A stretch of DNA of 64,000 bases from NCBI GenBank assembly GCA_918797485.1, contig CAKKNE010000004.1, positions 5,146,001 through 5,210,000 of the forward strand. Reading direction: 5' to 3'. Origin of the DNA: Pelagomonas calceolata. Its lineage: Eukaryota. A program made the position numbers and the translations under genes. Shown here piece by piece: positions 36,091 through 45,371 of this stretch. The notes beneath the pieces were generated by a model. That model was not told the DNA's origin. It ran no database searches and saw only the letters and a program-made list of their open reading frames with translations. Each line of letters begins with the position of its first letter. The stretch's first letter is position 1.

Positions 36091-37356
36091 TTAGGCTTCG
36101 GACGGAGCGGCAACGAACTCCTGGGCGTACATGTCCTCGACGGGGCACTCCACCGCCGAGGCGAACTCCTCCTGCAGGATGGCGCGGCGCCAGTTCTCCT
36201 CGTCGTCGACGTAGAGCAAGTCGTCCAGGGGCGGCAGCGGCTCGAGCGGCGAGACGAACGCGCGCGGCATCGACCCGGCCAGGCCCACCGCCTTCGCCTG
36301 GGCGTCAAGCGCCTCCACCGAGACTCTCTCGATGGAGCGGATCACGCTGGCGAGCGCGGCCGCCCGGGCGGGCGACGGCCGGCACGTCACGAGCTGCGCC
36401 AGCGCGGCGCGCCGCAGCTGCGCGAGCCACCACTCGACGCCGTACGTGTAGCGCAGCTCCGCGCCGGCCGGGATGGGCCGCGTCGCCACGGCGAAGACGC
36501 GCGGCACGGGGTCGCAGGCGTCGTCCGTCTCGCACACCTCGGCCTGGCAGAGCGCGACGTTGTTCCGCGTCTCGATGCGCGCGATGTAGGCCCGTACCAC
36601 TCTCTCGATGCGCTCGACGTCGGCGGCAAGCGGCACGCGGGAGTGCCACGACGTCAGCACGAGCCCGTTCACGTCCTCGGCGCCGATGACGCCGTCGCCG
36701 CGGATCTTCGCCGAGGCGATGGGCCGGTCGGGCGTCGTGTGCGGCATCTTGAGGGCCGTGTGGTCGTTGATGAGCTGCGCCACGCCCTCCTCGGGGCAGG
36801 CGCCCTGGGCCGGCACCTTGCCCAGCAAAATAAAGTCCGCGGCGCCGGCGCGCGCGACGCAGGCCGCCGTCGGCTCGTCGACGTCGCAGTACTCGTCCTG
36901 GGTGATCGAGTCGCGGATCGTGCCGCCGCGCGCGGCGCCGCCGGCGTCCGAGACGGCCGTGCCGGCGAGGCCGATCTCGTAGCGCTGCGAGTACTTGCGC
37001 CAGTCCGCGCCGTAGAACTCCTGCTGGAGCTCGAGCTCGTCGCAGCGCGTCGTCGCGGCCGGCGCGAGGCAGCCCACGTACTCCGTGATCGTCGTCCCGG
37101 CGGCGATGCGCTCCTTCGCGAACACGCCCAGCCCGGCGCCGGGCGACGCGTCGACCCGCACCAGGGGCTCCTCGAGCGCCTCGTACGCCTCGACGTCCGC
37201 GCGCCAGTGCGCGTAGCGGTCGTCGAGGTAGGTTCGCGACGACGACGACGCGTGGACGGTGCGGCGCTTCGCCGACGGCGGCGTGGGGGCTCGCAAAAGA
37301 GCGAGCGTCGCACACGCCGTCAAAGATCCTGCTCTGAGCAGCCTGCTGCGTATCAT
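36091..37356 (-). CDS. SET-domain protein, 421 aa, possibly organelle-targeted
   Basis: GAGLGVFAKERIAAGTTITEYVG, AQLIND and ATRPIPAGAELRYTYG are SET motifs; hydrophobic N-terminal leader. Confidence 0.85.
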   Translation of the reverse strand: MIRSRLLRAGSLTACATLALLRAPTPPSAKRRTVHASSSSRTYLDDRYAHWRADVEAYEALEEPLVRVDASPGAGLGVFAKERIAAGTTITEYVGCLAPAATTRCDELELQQEFYGADWRKYSQRYEIGLAGTAVSDAGGAARGGTIRDSITQDEYCDVDEPTAACVARAGAADFILLGKVPAQGACPEEGVAQLINDHTALKMPHTTPDRPIASAKIRGDGVIGAEDVNGLVLTSWHSRVPLAADVERIERVVRAYIARIETRNNVALCQAEVCETDDACDPVPRVFAVATRPIPAGAELRYTYGVEWWLAQLRRAALAQLVTCRPSPARAAALASVIRSIERVSVEALDAQAKAVGLAGSMPRAFVSPLEPLPPLDDLLYVDDEENWRRAILQEEFASAVECPVEDMYAQEFVAAPSEA

Positions 37357-37687
37357 CGTCTTCTACGCGCTTATCGTTTTAAAACTTGGTCCGCTGGGTG
37401 CGAGGCAGCAAGAAGGAGTGGCCTGGTGCTACTGGTAGGCGCTCAAAACGGCCTGGAGGTGAGCAATGAGGAGTGTTCGCAGAGCAGATGCCCGATCCTA
37501 GTGTGTCCCATTACGCTAGCCTGAAAAAAAAGCCAGAGCCTATAAAAATTGTGGGTTGCAGCGGGCTTCATTGATGCTCTTAGCGCTCTCCTCTCCTCAC
37601 GCGCAGAATCTGGATAGCGTTTTCAGCAGCTCTCAAGGATTCTCGAGCATTGGCGCTTGAGAGGCACACTGCACACGACAAAAAAGA

Positions 37688-38527
37688 ATGTCGCGCCTCG
37701 CGGACTACTCTAAATTCGACAATTTGGACGACGGCAGCGACGAGGACATGAGTCCGCCGCGTACAGACGCGCCGCCTCCACCAGGCACGGAGCCCGGCCC
37801 GGCCCGGCGAGACGGGGGGCCGCCACCAGGCACCGAGCCCGGCCCGGCCAGGTACTACAAGCGCGTGCAGGTCGGCTGCGTGCTGGTGCGGGATTACGGC
37901 GCCGGCGCGGGCACGCCCGCCGACCGGCTCCTCGCGTTGACGCTGCTGCGGCGCTACGGCCCGCGCATAAAGGGCAAGCGCGTCGTCGAGCTCGGCGCGC
38001 AGGCCGGCGCGGCGGGCCTCACCGCGGCGAAGATGGGCGCCGCGTGGGTGTCGCTCGTCTCGGACGACCCGCGGGCGGCCTACGCGTTGAGGGTGGAGAG
38101 CGTCAAGAACGGCGTGTCGCGTACCGTGAAGAACGTCTGCACCGACTGGCTCGAGGACGACCTCAACCACGACGTCGCGGCGGACCCGACGGACCTCCTC
38201 GTCGCGGCGAACGCGCTCCACTCGCCGCGCGAGTGCGGCCGCCTCGCGGCCGCGCTCAACGCCTACGCCAAAACGTCGCCGCACCTCGCCGCCGTCGTCG
38301 CGTCGCCGCGCTGCGGCTCGGGCGCCGAGGCCAAGGGCCTCCAGATCATGGAGGCGCGGGGCTGGACGTACGCGGCGGTGGAAATTCATCCAGACGACGC
38401 GGAGCCGACGCCGCCGGGGCACGCGCTCGCCGTCTTCGAGTTCACGCGGCGGACGACCTTCACGCCGAAGCGGCCGCGCGAGGGCGACGACCTCCGACCG
38501 CGCGACGAGACGACTGTGATGAGTTAA
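37688..38527 (+). CDS. Seven-beta-strand SAM-dependent methyltransferase (lysine methyltransferase/family 16-like), 279 aa
   Basis: IKGKRVVELGAQAGAAGLTAAKMGAAWVSLVSD is motif I/post-I; N-terminal DYSKFDNLDDGSDED. Confidence 0.75.
   Translation: MSRLADYSKFDNLDDGSDEDMSPPRTDAPPPPGTEPGPARRDGGPPPGTEPGPARYYKRVQVGCVLVRDYGAGAGTPADRLLALTLLRRYGPRIKGKRVVELGAQAGAAGLTAAKMGAAWVSLVSDDPRAAYALRVESVKNGVSRTVKNVCTDWLEDDLNHDVAADPTDLLVAANALHSPRECGRLAAALNAYAKTSPHLAAVVASPRCGSGAEAKGLQIMEARGWTYAAVEIHPDDAEPTPPGHALAVFEFTRRTTFTPKRPREGDDLRPRDETTVMS
37772..37851 (+). repeat. Short intragenic duplication encoding PPPGTEPGPAR twice
   Basis: ccaccaggcacggagcccggcccggcc and ccaccaggcaccgagcccggcccggcc. Confidence 0.8.
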
Positions 38528-38553
38528 ACTTAATTTACGCCTCTGTGATGAAT

Positions 38554-39891
38554 TCAACCGGGAAACAGCTCCCGCGAAACGCAGTCCCCGACGGGCAGCG
38601 CCTTCCGGAGCCCCTCCTCGTCCGTGGAGACGGTCCAGCAGAGGACGCCGGTCCGGTCCGCGTGGCTCTTGAAGGGGATCATCTCGTCCCACATGATCTC
38701 CGCCGGATTTTTCACTGGCAGGTGGATGAGCGTCTCGCAGTTCTCGAGCTCGACGACGTGCGCGAACGACGCCCAGTCGGAGACCTGGCCGAAGCTGACC
38801 CGGCCGGCGCAGCAGCAGCCGGGCAGCCGCCGCGTCGTCGTCGCGTAGGGCGTCGTCGCGTACATGGCGCGCACGGCCGCGGGGCTCTCGAAGACGCCCT
38901 CGTCGAGGACGAGGGCCGTCGCGTAGTTGCCCGCGAGGTCCTCCGTGATGCCCTCGAGCCGCCCGCGGCAGTCGAGGCCCATCACGCCGATCGTCGTCCG
39001 GCAGGCCGTGAAGAAGCCGCTCGTCAGGATGTCGTTCGTGCTCACGAAGCCCGCGTCCGCGCGCCGCCCCTCGACCTCGAGCGCGACGTCGCTGATCGGC
39101 CCCGCCTGGGCGCGCTTCGCCGCGGCGACGCGGTCCGGGTCCAGGAAAAACGCGTGGCACCGCGCCCGCCGGCCGCAGCCCATCATCAGTGGGAGGTAGT
39201 GGCACATGGCGCTCGGCGAGTCGACCCACGCCAGCGCCTCGCGGTTGCACCGCTCGCGCATGGCCTCGCCGAAGGCGTGGACGCGCGCGACGCGCAGCGT
39301 CCGCACCTCGGCGCCGGGCTGGAGCATGCGGAGCACGTCGTAGTACGTCCGGCCGTCGCCGACGGCGTGCGCGAGCGAGAAGACGAGCGCGAAGACGCCC
39401 TCCTCCTCGGACTCGGCGACGGTCAGCTTGCAGACGGGCGCCTCGTCGTCGAGCAGGTTGCGCCCCTGCTCGACGACGACGCGGTTCGACTTGTACAGGG
39501 CCCGCGCGACGGCGGCGTAGCCGCTGCGCGGCGCCGGCACGACGTAGCGGTGGTCGAAGAGCGGCGAGATGTGGTCCTCCGTCGCCTCCTTCGGGAAGCG
39601 CAGCGTGATGCCCGCGCTCTGGGAGCTGAAGAACGTGCCGACCTTCTCCTTCTCTATGAGCCGCCCCGCGAGCCAGGGGTTCTTCGACACTACCTTAAAA
39701 AGCTGCGTCCGCAGCGCCATGCGCAGCGCGAGCTGCGACACGGCGCCGCGGTAGAAGGTCACGGTCGTGATGCTCGGCTCGTGCAGGAGGCCGCCGGCCT
39801 CGTCCGCGAGCAGGCGCAGCTCCAGGTGGCCCAGCTTCGTCGGGCTGATCTTCGCGTGGTGCTGCACGAGGTCGTGGATCGCCTTGACCAT
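38554..39891 (-). CDS. CoA-dependent acyltransferase-fold protein (HxxxDG), 445 aa
   Basis: FSLAHAVGDGRTYY catalytic-type motif; NPWLAGRL and VSTNDILTS segments typical of this fold. Confidence 0.75.
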   Translation of the reverse strand: MVKAIHDLVQHHAKISPTKLGHLELRLLADEAGGLLHEPSITTVTFYRGAVSQLALRMALRTQLFKVVSKNPWLAGRLIEKEKVGTFFSSQSAGITLRFPKEATEDHISPLFDHRYVVPAPRSGYAAVARALYKSNRVVVEQGRNLLDDEAPVCKLTVAESEEEGVFALVFSLAHAVGDGRTYYDVLRMLQPGAEVRTLRVARVHAFGEAMRERCNREALAWVDSPSAMCHYLPLMMGCGRRARCHAFFLDPDRVAAAKRAQAGPISDVALEVEGRRADAGFVSTNDILTSGFFTACRTTIGVMGLDCRGRLEGITEDLAGNYATALVLDEGVFESPAAVRAMYATTPYATTTRRLPGCCCAGRVSFGQVSDWASFAHVVELENCETLIHLPVKNPAEIMWDEMIPFKSHADRTGVLCWTVSTDEEGLRKALPVGDCVSRELFPG

Positions 39892-40356
39892 GGCGGCGGC
39901 GCCGCGGCGGCCGCGTCCCCGCAGGCCGCCCTCTACGCGCTTCCTAGGCCGCCCCCTCCGGGGCTGGGATGGGAGCCAGACCGGGCAGCCTGGTCACACC
40001 CCGCGTCGCGCGTCTTGCCGGCGAGCGCTGGCGTCCTCCGAACGCACGGTACGGCGTATCCGCGACGAGACGCACGCACGCCGCTCGCTGCCGCCCGGCC
40101 GCCCGGCGTCGACGAGCTCGTATTTTGCGGTGTGCGGCGCTACAGCGTCGAACCCGTATGAACGCGAGGCGTCCGATCAGCTATCCGACGAGTCTCTCGA
40201 GCACGGACGGCTCGGCGATAGGTCCCTCGCGACGGTGCCGTCGGCACCGGGCGACTCGCCGACTCCGCGTCAGCCGGGAGCAGTACTACCACAATTCAAG
40301 TTAAATCACAACAAACAGACTACTGAGCGACCGCCAAAAACGCGACAACAAACAAA

Positions 40357-41631
40357 CTACTGAGCGAACGCCAAAAAAGCCAGCGCCTCCTCGCCACCCA
40401 TACCGCCGCCGCCGCCGCGCCCGCGGAACGCGGCCACGTCGTCTAGAAAATCGGCGAGCGCGTAGTCGCGCCGTTCCTCGGCCGTGAAGAGGGCCTCGAA
40501 GGCGGATCCGAGCGGGAGCGCCTCGGAGAACGAAGTCCGCAGGGCCTCCCGACGCGCCTCGTCCAAAAGCGGCCGCGCCGCGCCGAAGAAGGCGTCCTGG
40601 ACGCCGCGGCAGTGCGCCGCCATCGCGGCGTCGTCCGCGTCGCGACACTCCCGTTTCTTCCGAAGACACAGGACGGCGACGGGCGGCGCGGCGCCCCGCG
40701 CGACGCTCTCCCGACCGGCCGGCGCGAACAGCGGCGCCGCGAGGGCCTCCACGAAGTCCGGCGGATACAGCGAGCAGACCACGTACCGGCCGCCCGCCGC
40801 GAGGCTCCGGAAGGCGCATGTAAGCAATCCGGCGGCGCCGCCCTCGGCCAGCGTCGCGTCGAGCGACGACTTGTCGAAGGCGACGTCGTAGGGGGCGCCC
40901 GGCGCGGCCCCGCCGGCCGCCCAGTCGTGGACCTCGCCGTGCCTCGGGTCCCGGTCGACGCCCACGACGCGTCCGAACCCGACGTCGGCGGCGAGGCGCC
41001 GCGCGAGATCCGACGTCCCGCAGCCGAGGTCGACCGCGCTCGCGGTCGAGGGGTCGACGCCGTCGAGCAGGCGCGTCAGCAACGGTTCGAGCTGCGACCA
41101 TTCCAGAAGCCACTCGAAGGGCGCCTCCCGCGCGACCGGCGCCGACAGCCGCACCTTGGGCTTGACGAGGGCGCCGGGCGAACAGATCGCGCTCCCGTCG
41201 TCGACGGCGCCCAGCGCGCGGTACCGCTTCAGCAAGTCCGCGGCGTCGGCGTCCACCGAGCCGCAGACGCGCGGCAGCCCGAGCTCGATGGCGCGCCGCC
41301 GCGTCGCTTCCTGCAGCCGGGCGCCGAGGCCTCGCCTGCGCACACGCGGCGCGACGGCGAGCGTCGACAGCTGCAACGCGTCGTGGTAGGGTACGAGCAG
41401 AGCCATGCCCACGACGGCCGAGCCATCGAACGCGAGCAGCCACTCGCATGCGCTCAGGTCGTGCCAAGGGCCCGCGAGCGCCGAGAGCACGTCGCCGTCG
41501 GCGGGCACGGCTCCCGGATAGCACGCCGTGGCGAGTTCGCGCAGCGCTTCGGCGTGCTGACACGCGTCTGCCGAGGAGAGGCGGACGATTTGTCCTATGT
41601 TTGTGCCGCTGCTGTCTATGTTACTCGCCAT
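40357..41631 (-). CDS. GNAT acetyltransferase fused to a SAM-dependent methyltransferase, 424 aa
   Basis: LSTLAVAPRVRRRGLGARL (GNAT motif A), followed by PFEWL...AVDLGCGTS...VVGVD...YDVAFDKSSLDA...LAAGGRYVVCS (EEF1AKMT4/METTL13-N-like). Confidence 0.8.
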   Translation of the reverse strand: MASNIDSSGTNIGQIVRLSSADACQHAEALRELATACYPGAVPADGDVLSALAGPWHDLSACEWLLAFDGSAVVGMALLVPYHDALQLSTLAVAPRVRRRGLGARLQEATRRRAIELGLPRVCGSVDADAADLLKRYRALGAVDDGSAICSPGALVKPKVRLSAPVAREAPFEWLLEWSQLEPLLTRLLDGVDPSTASAVDLGCGTSDLARRLAADVGFGRVVGVDRDPRHGEVHDWAAGGAAPGAPYDVAFDKSSLDATLAEGGAAGLLTCAFRSLAAGGRYVVCSLYPPDFVEALAAPLFAPAGRESVARGAAPPVAVLCLRKKRECRDADDAAMAAHCRGVQDAFFGAARPLLDEARREALRTSFSEALPLGSAFEALFTAEERRDYALADFLDDVAAFRGRGGGGGMGGEEALAFLAFAQ

Positions 41632-41944
41632 TTTGTGTCACTGATCAGTGCGGTATGGGTCGCAAGGGCCCGTATGGGTCTCTGTTGATCGATGCGGCTG
41701 GAAGAGGACGAAGGTCGCTCGCACGAGCCAGTTTTTGGTCAGTTTTTGCGCCCGCAAAACCCGTAGCACCCTTCGCAAAAAACCCGTCGTCGTCGTCGCA
41801 GAGCCAGCAGATGAGCCAGCTGCAGCGCTGCGGGCGCTCGTGTGCTTAAAGCGTTGCCTGCTGTCCGCTGAAGAAACCACCGCCTCCGCTGACAGTCCTA
41901 CGGACGCGCAAAATAGCATAAGCCCCAGAGAGCCATATTACAAA

Positions 41945-42748
41945 ATGGCAAGCCAAGACGCCGAGTACCCAGCCGGCGTCTCGGACGCGCGCCTCGCCGC
42001 GTGCCAGCAGGACGTCCTCAAGATGGTCGAGCTCGCGGCGCAAGTCGCCGAGGGCCTCGCCGCGAACGTCGACCCGGAGGCGATCGGCGCGCCGGAGGCG
42101 AACACGATCAAGGAGGACGCGGCCATGTTCCTGCGCCTCGCGGACGGCGTGCAGGAGACGATGGCGCAGTCGAGGTGGCCCGTCGAGCACGCGTACGCGC
42201 GGTCCGCGGAGAACCTGCTGCTCCGGCGGCGGCTGGACGAGATGGTCGAGGAGGCGCAGGACGAGCTCGGCCACGCGCTGCGGACGCACCTCGCGGCGGC
42301 GCTGCGCGACCAGGCGGCGAACGCGGCGCGGCCGCCCGAGGCGGGTGCCGAGGACGAGGAGGCGCAGCTCTGCCGCGCAATGGAGCTGGTTCGAAAGTGC
42401 GAGGAGACGGCCGAAGCGGCGGGCGTGCGGGTCCCGCAGGCGACGACCGCCGCGGCGCCGCCGCCCGCGGCCGCGGCTCCGGCGCCGCCCGCGCCCGCGG
42501 CGCCGGTCGCGGCGCCTGTCGCGCCGGTGGTCGCGCCGCCACCCGCGCCGGTGGCGCAGATGGACGTCGAGCCGGCGCCGGCAGCTGCAGCGCCGCGATG
42601 GACGGGGCCGGAGATCAACAAGATGACGGTCCCGCGGCTGAAAGCGGCTCTGAAGGACCTCGGGCTGGCCACGGACGGGGTCAAAGCGGCGCTGAAGAAG
42701 CGCCTCATCGACGCGATGAGCCGGGCCATGCTAGACGATGACACATAA
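41945..42748 (+). CDS. SAP-domain protein with a helical N-terminus, 267 aa
   Basis: C-terminal INKMTVPRLKAALKDLGLATDGVKAALKKRLIDAM is a SAP motif. The ATG lies in a caaaATG context. Confidence 0.8.
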   Translation: MASQDAEYPAGVSDARLAACQQDVLKMVELAAQVAEGLAANVDPEAIGAPEANTIKEDAAMFLRLADGVQETMAQSRWPVEHAYARSAENLLLRRRLDEMVEEAQDELGHALRTHLAAALRDQAANAARPPEAGAEDEEAQLCRAMELVRKCEETAEAAGVRVPQATTAAAPPPAAAAPAPPAPAAPVAAPVAPVVAPPPAPVAQMDVEPAPAAAAPRWTGPEINKMTVPRLKAALKDLGLATDGVKAALKKRLIDAMSRAMLDDDT

Positions 42749-42752
42749 CTAC

Positions 42753-43325
42753 TTATACCTCGCCGTGGACGGGTCGATACTCCGCGACCTGGAGTCGCAG
42801 GAACTCGTTGTCGCGCGCGAGCTTGCGAAGGGGGTCGGAGGCGTTCTGCCGCCGGTCGACGGCGTTCTGCACGCGGCGCCGCCCGGTGTCGAGGCCCCAG
42901 GAGGCGCTCGTCGTGCGGTGCGAGCCCGCGACGCCGCCGCCGGGCAGGTTGCCGACCTCGCGGCCGTAGGTCCGGAGCTCGTCGAGGAGCCGCTCCTGGA
43001 CGCGCCGCAAGCGCGCGGCCTCGGCCTCGACCCACGTCTTCGTGGCGAGGTCGGCCGTCTGCTTCAGCGTCAGGCGCCGCCCGAGCACCTCGAGCGCCGC
43101 GCCCACGTAGAGGTCGAACGGCCCGATCGGGCCGTACTTGCCCTCGAGGTGCGACAGGCGGTAGAGCGTGGCCGTCTTCTTGTCGAGGCCGAGGGTCACG
43201 GAGCCGTCCGTCGTGTCGTACGAGAGCCGGAGGTCCCGGCGCACGCTCCCCTTCGCCGTCGTCTCGTGCCACCAGCTGAGGAAGTTGAGCGTGCGCGGGG
43301 GCGGGATGGGGTCGAAGCCGCCCAT
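42753..43325 (-). CDS. DM10-like domain protein (possibly ciliary), 190 aa
   Basis: LNFLSWW...RRDLRLSYDTTDGSV...FDLYVGAALEVLGRRLTL...DLATKTW resembles the DM10 pattern; C-terminal coiled coil. Confidence 0.6.
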   Translation of the reverse strand: MGGFDPIPPPRTLNFLSWWHETTAKGSVRRDLRLSYDTTDGSVTLGLDKKTATLYRLSHLEGKYGPIGPFDLYVGAALEVLGRRLTLKQTADLATKTWVEAEAARLRRVQERLLDELRTYGREVGNLPGGGVAGSHRTTSASWGLDTGRRRVQNAVDRRQNASDPLRKLARDNEFLRLQVAEYRPVHGEV

Positions 43326-43796
43326 CGTCGAGTCGCGTCGGGGGCGTGTACGGGGCAGCCGCAAGGCCACGAAACTGCCCTACCCTCCACGCGCGCCTGT
43401 CCTCAAATTTTACAAGACAGCCGAAGTGGAACCGGTAGACCTCGACAGCAAGCTTAGGGCAGCAACTTCAGACTTTCAATGCGAGACAGCTGATCTAGCG
43501 CCCGACGGCGGCCCACGGCGGCCCACCCCGCAGGCTCCGCAACCAAGCTTCCGTCGAGGGTTCCTTCGGGCGAGAGCCTCGCTCCCCGACCGTTGAGGCC
43601 TCCGTGCCTTCCACGCGACGCGACGAGATTTTGGGGGTGTTTTGGTGGCACAGCGGACGCGCGGCGCGAGCGTCGATCCACCAACAACTGCCACACCGTC
43701 GTCGCTCTGCTGCGCTGGCATCGGTTTGTGAGCATTCAAGCGCGTGGGGCAGCGCCCTGTGTAAATAGCTGGCCAGGAGGCAGCCTTAGGGCAGCC

Positions 43797-45356
43797 ATGG
43801 AAGCTGGTACCCGACGACGGTGGCTCCTCGCCGCCGTCACCATCGCTCGGGCAGCCGCCAAGTCCCACGACGACGGCGGCTTCCCGCCCTGCCGCTGGCC
43901 GCCCTGGCCGGACCGGCCCGGCTACTGCGCCCCGCCGGCGAACAGCTGGAACAACGAGCACACGCGGGTCCGGCCCGGCACCTGCGACCCGCGCAAGCCG
44001 TCGTGCAAGGTCGGCTCGGGAAGAAGGCCCATCGTCGACCCGAAGGACCCGTGGAAGAAGGCGGTGCCGCCCGGCTTCCGGAAGCCGCTCATCGTGACGG
44101 GCGCGGACGCCCTCGGGCCCGTCGTGCGCGAGGTCTTCCTGCCGCTCTTTCTCGGGCTGCTCTTCCTCTTCCACGTCATCGGCCCCTTCACGCTCCTCCA
44201 GAAGATCAAGTCGAAGTGCAACGACCTGCGGGGCAAGGCCCCGGGCGTGAAGAAGGAGGACCACCTGGCCAAGGGCGCGCTCGTCCAGTTCAAGACGGTG
44301 CTCAGCCAGCGCAAGTGGAGCCCGGTCCTCCTGATCGGCCCGCTGCCGCCGAGCTTGATTGGCTGGCTGGTCATGACCGTCGGCCAGATCTACTTCTTTG
44401 CCACCTACGAGATGAGCTCGCGAAATAAATGCTACCCGGTCAAACTGGGGCTGCTCGTGGCCATCTGCGTGTCGCACCTGTTCGTGGGCACGTTCTTCTG
44501 GTCCTACGCCGGCTACCGCTACGACATCGCGTTCCGGCCTGTGTGGAATTATTGCGCGGATCTTCGTGAACCTCCACGCCATCGAGCAGAGACTGTGCCG
44601 GGGACAACGTCGCATCGATGGCGTACGGTGGGGTCTGAAATTTGATTTCCACACAGGTTCCGGCTCAACGCGAAGTTCTGGCGGTCGTGGCGGTACAAGA
44701 AGATCTCGATCAACGTGACGCGCGAGTACCCGTCGCTCGGGCATCTCGTGGCGCACTACGTTGACCTCTACCTGTTGACGCTGGGGGCGAACGGCTACTT
44801 CTCGATGCAGCTCATGGCCGAGCATGAGAAGGGCCCCTGCGAGAAGTACGGCCTCCTCTCGTTCAGCTGGTTCGTCGTCCTCATGACGTGGTTCGTGCTC
44901 GGCTGCGTCACGTACGAAGTCGTCAAATTGACCGCGAGCTCGTACGGCATCGGCACGTACGGGAACCCCGAGGAGGAGACGCGCGAGTCGCTGCAGAAGA
45001 AGCGTGCCGACCGCCTGGCGCAGGGCGGCGAGGCGTCCGACAGCGAGGAGGACGAGAACCACTGGAGCAAGTGGCCCATCGAGGACCAGCCCGAGGCCGA
45101 GGAGTCGCTCGGCTACCAGGCGGTGCGGAACCAATTCGTGCAATTCGGCGATATGGACAACATCGAGGCCGATCAACTCGTAGAGGTGCTCAAGTACCTG
45201 CGGCTCCGCCTCGAGGTCCCTGAACTGGAGGCGCTCAAGGAGGACCTGGCCATCGACGAGCTGATCACCTTCGACATGTTCTTCGCGTGGTACGAGGAGT
45301 ACTACGAGAAAAAGAAATATCCCAACGGCAGGTATCCTGGAGACGAGGAAACGTAA
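43797..45356 (+). CDS. Multi-pass membrane protein with a C-terminal EF-hand-like region (about 477 aa, one introner intron)
   Basis: Exons 43797-44530 and 44657-45356. Signal-like N-terminus, Cys-containing ectodomain, about 5 hydrophobic segments, then FVQFGDMDNIEADQLVEVL...ITFDMFFAWY. Confidence 0.75.
44539..44656. mobile_element. Introner, 118 bp (GT-AG intron 44531-44656)
   Basis: Ends ctgtgtggaattatt / ttgatttccacacag with a perfect TSD gttccggc. Splicing gives I-A-F-R-L-N. Confidence 0.9.
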
Positions 45357-45371
45357 ACACATGTACTAGAC

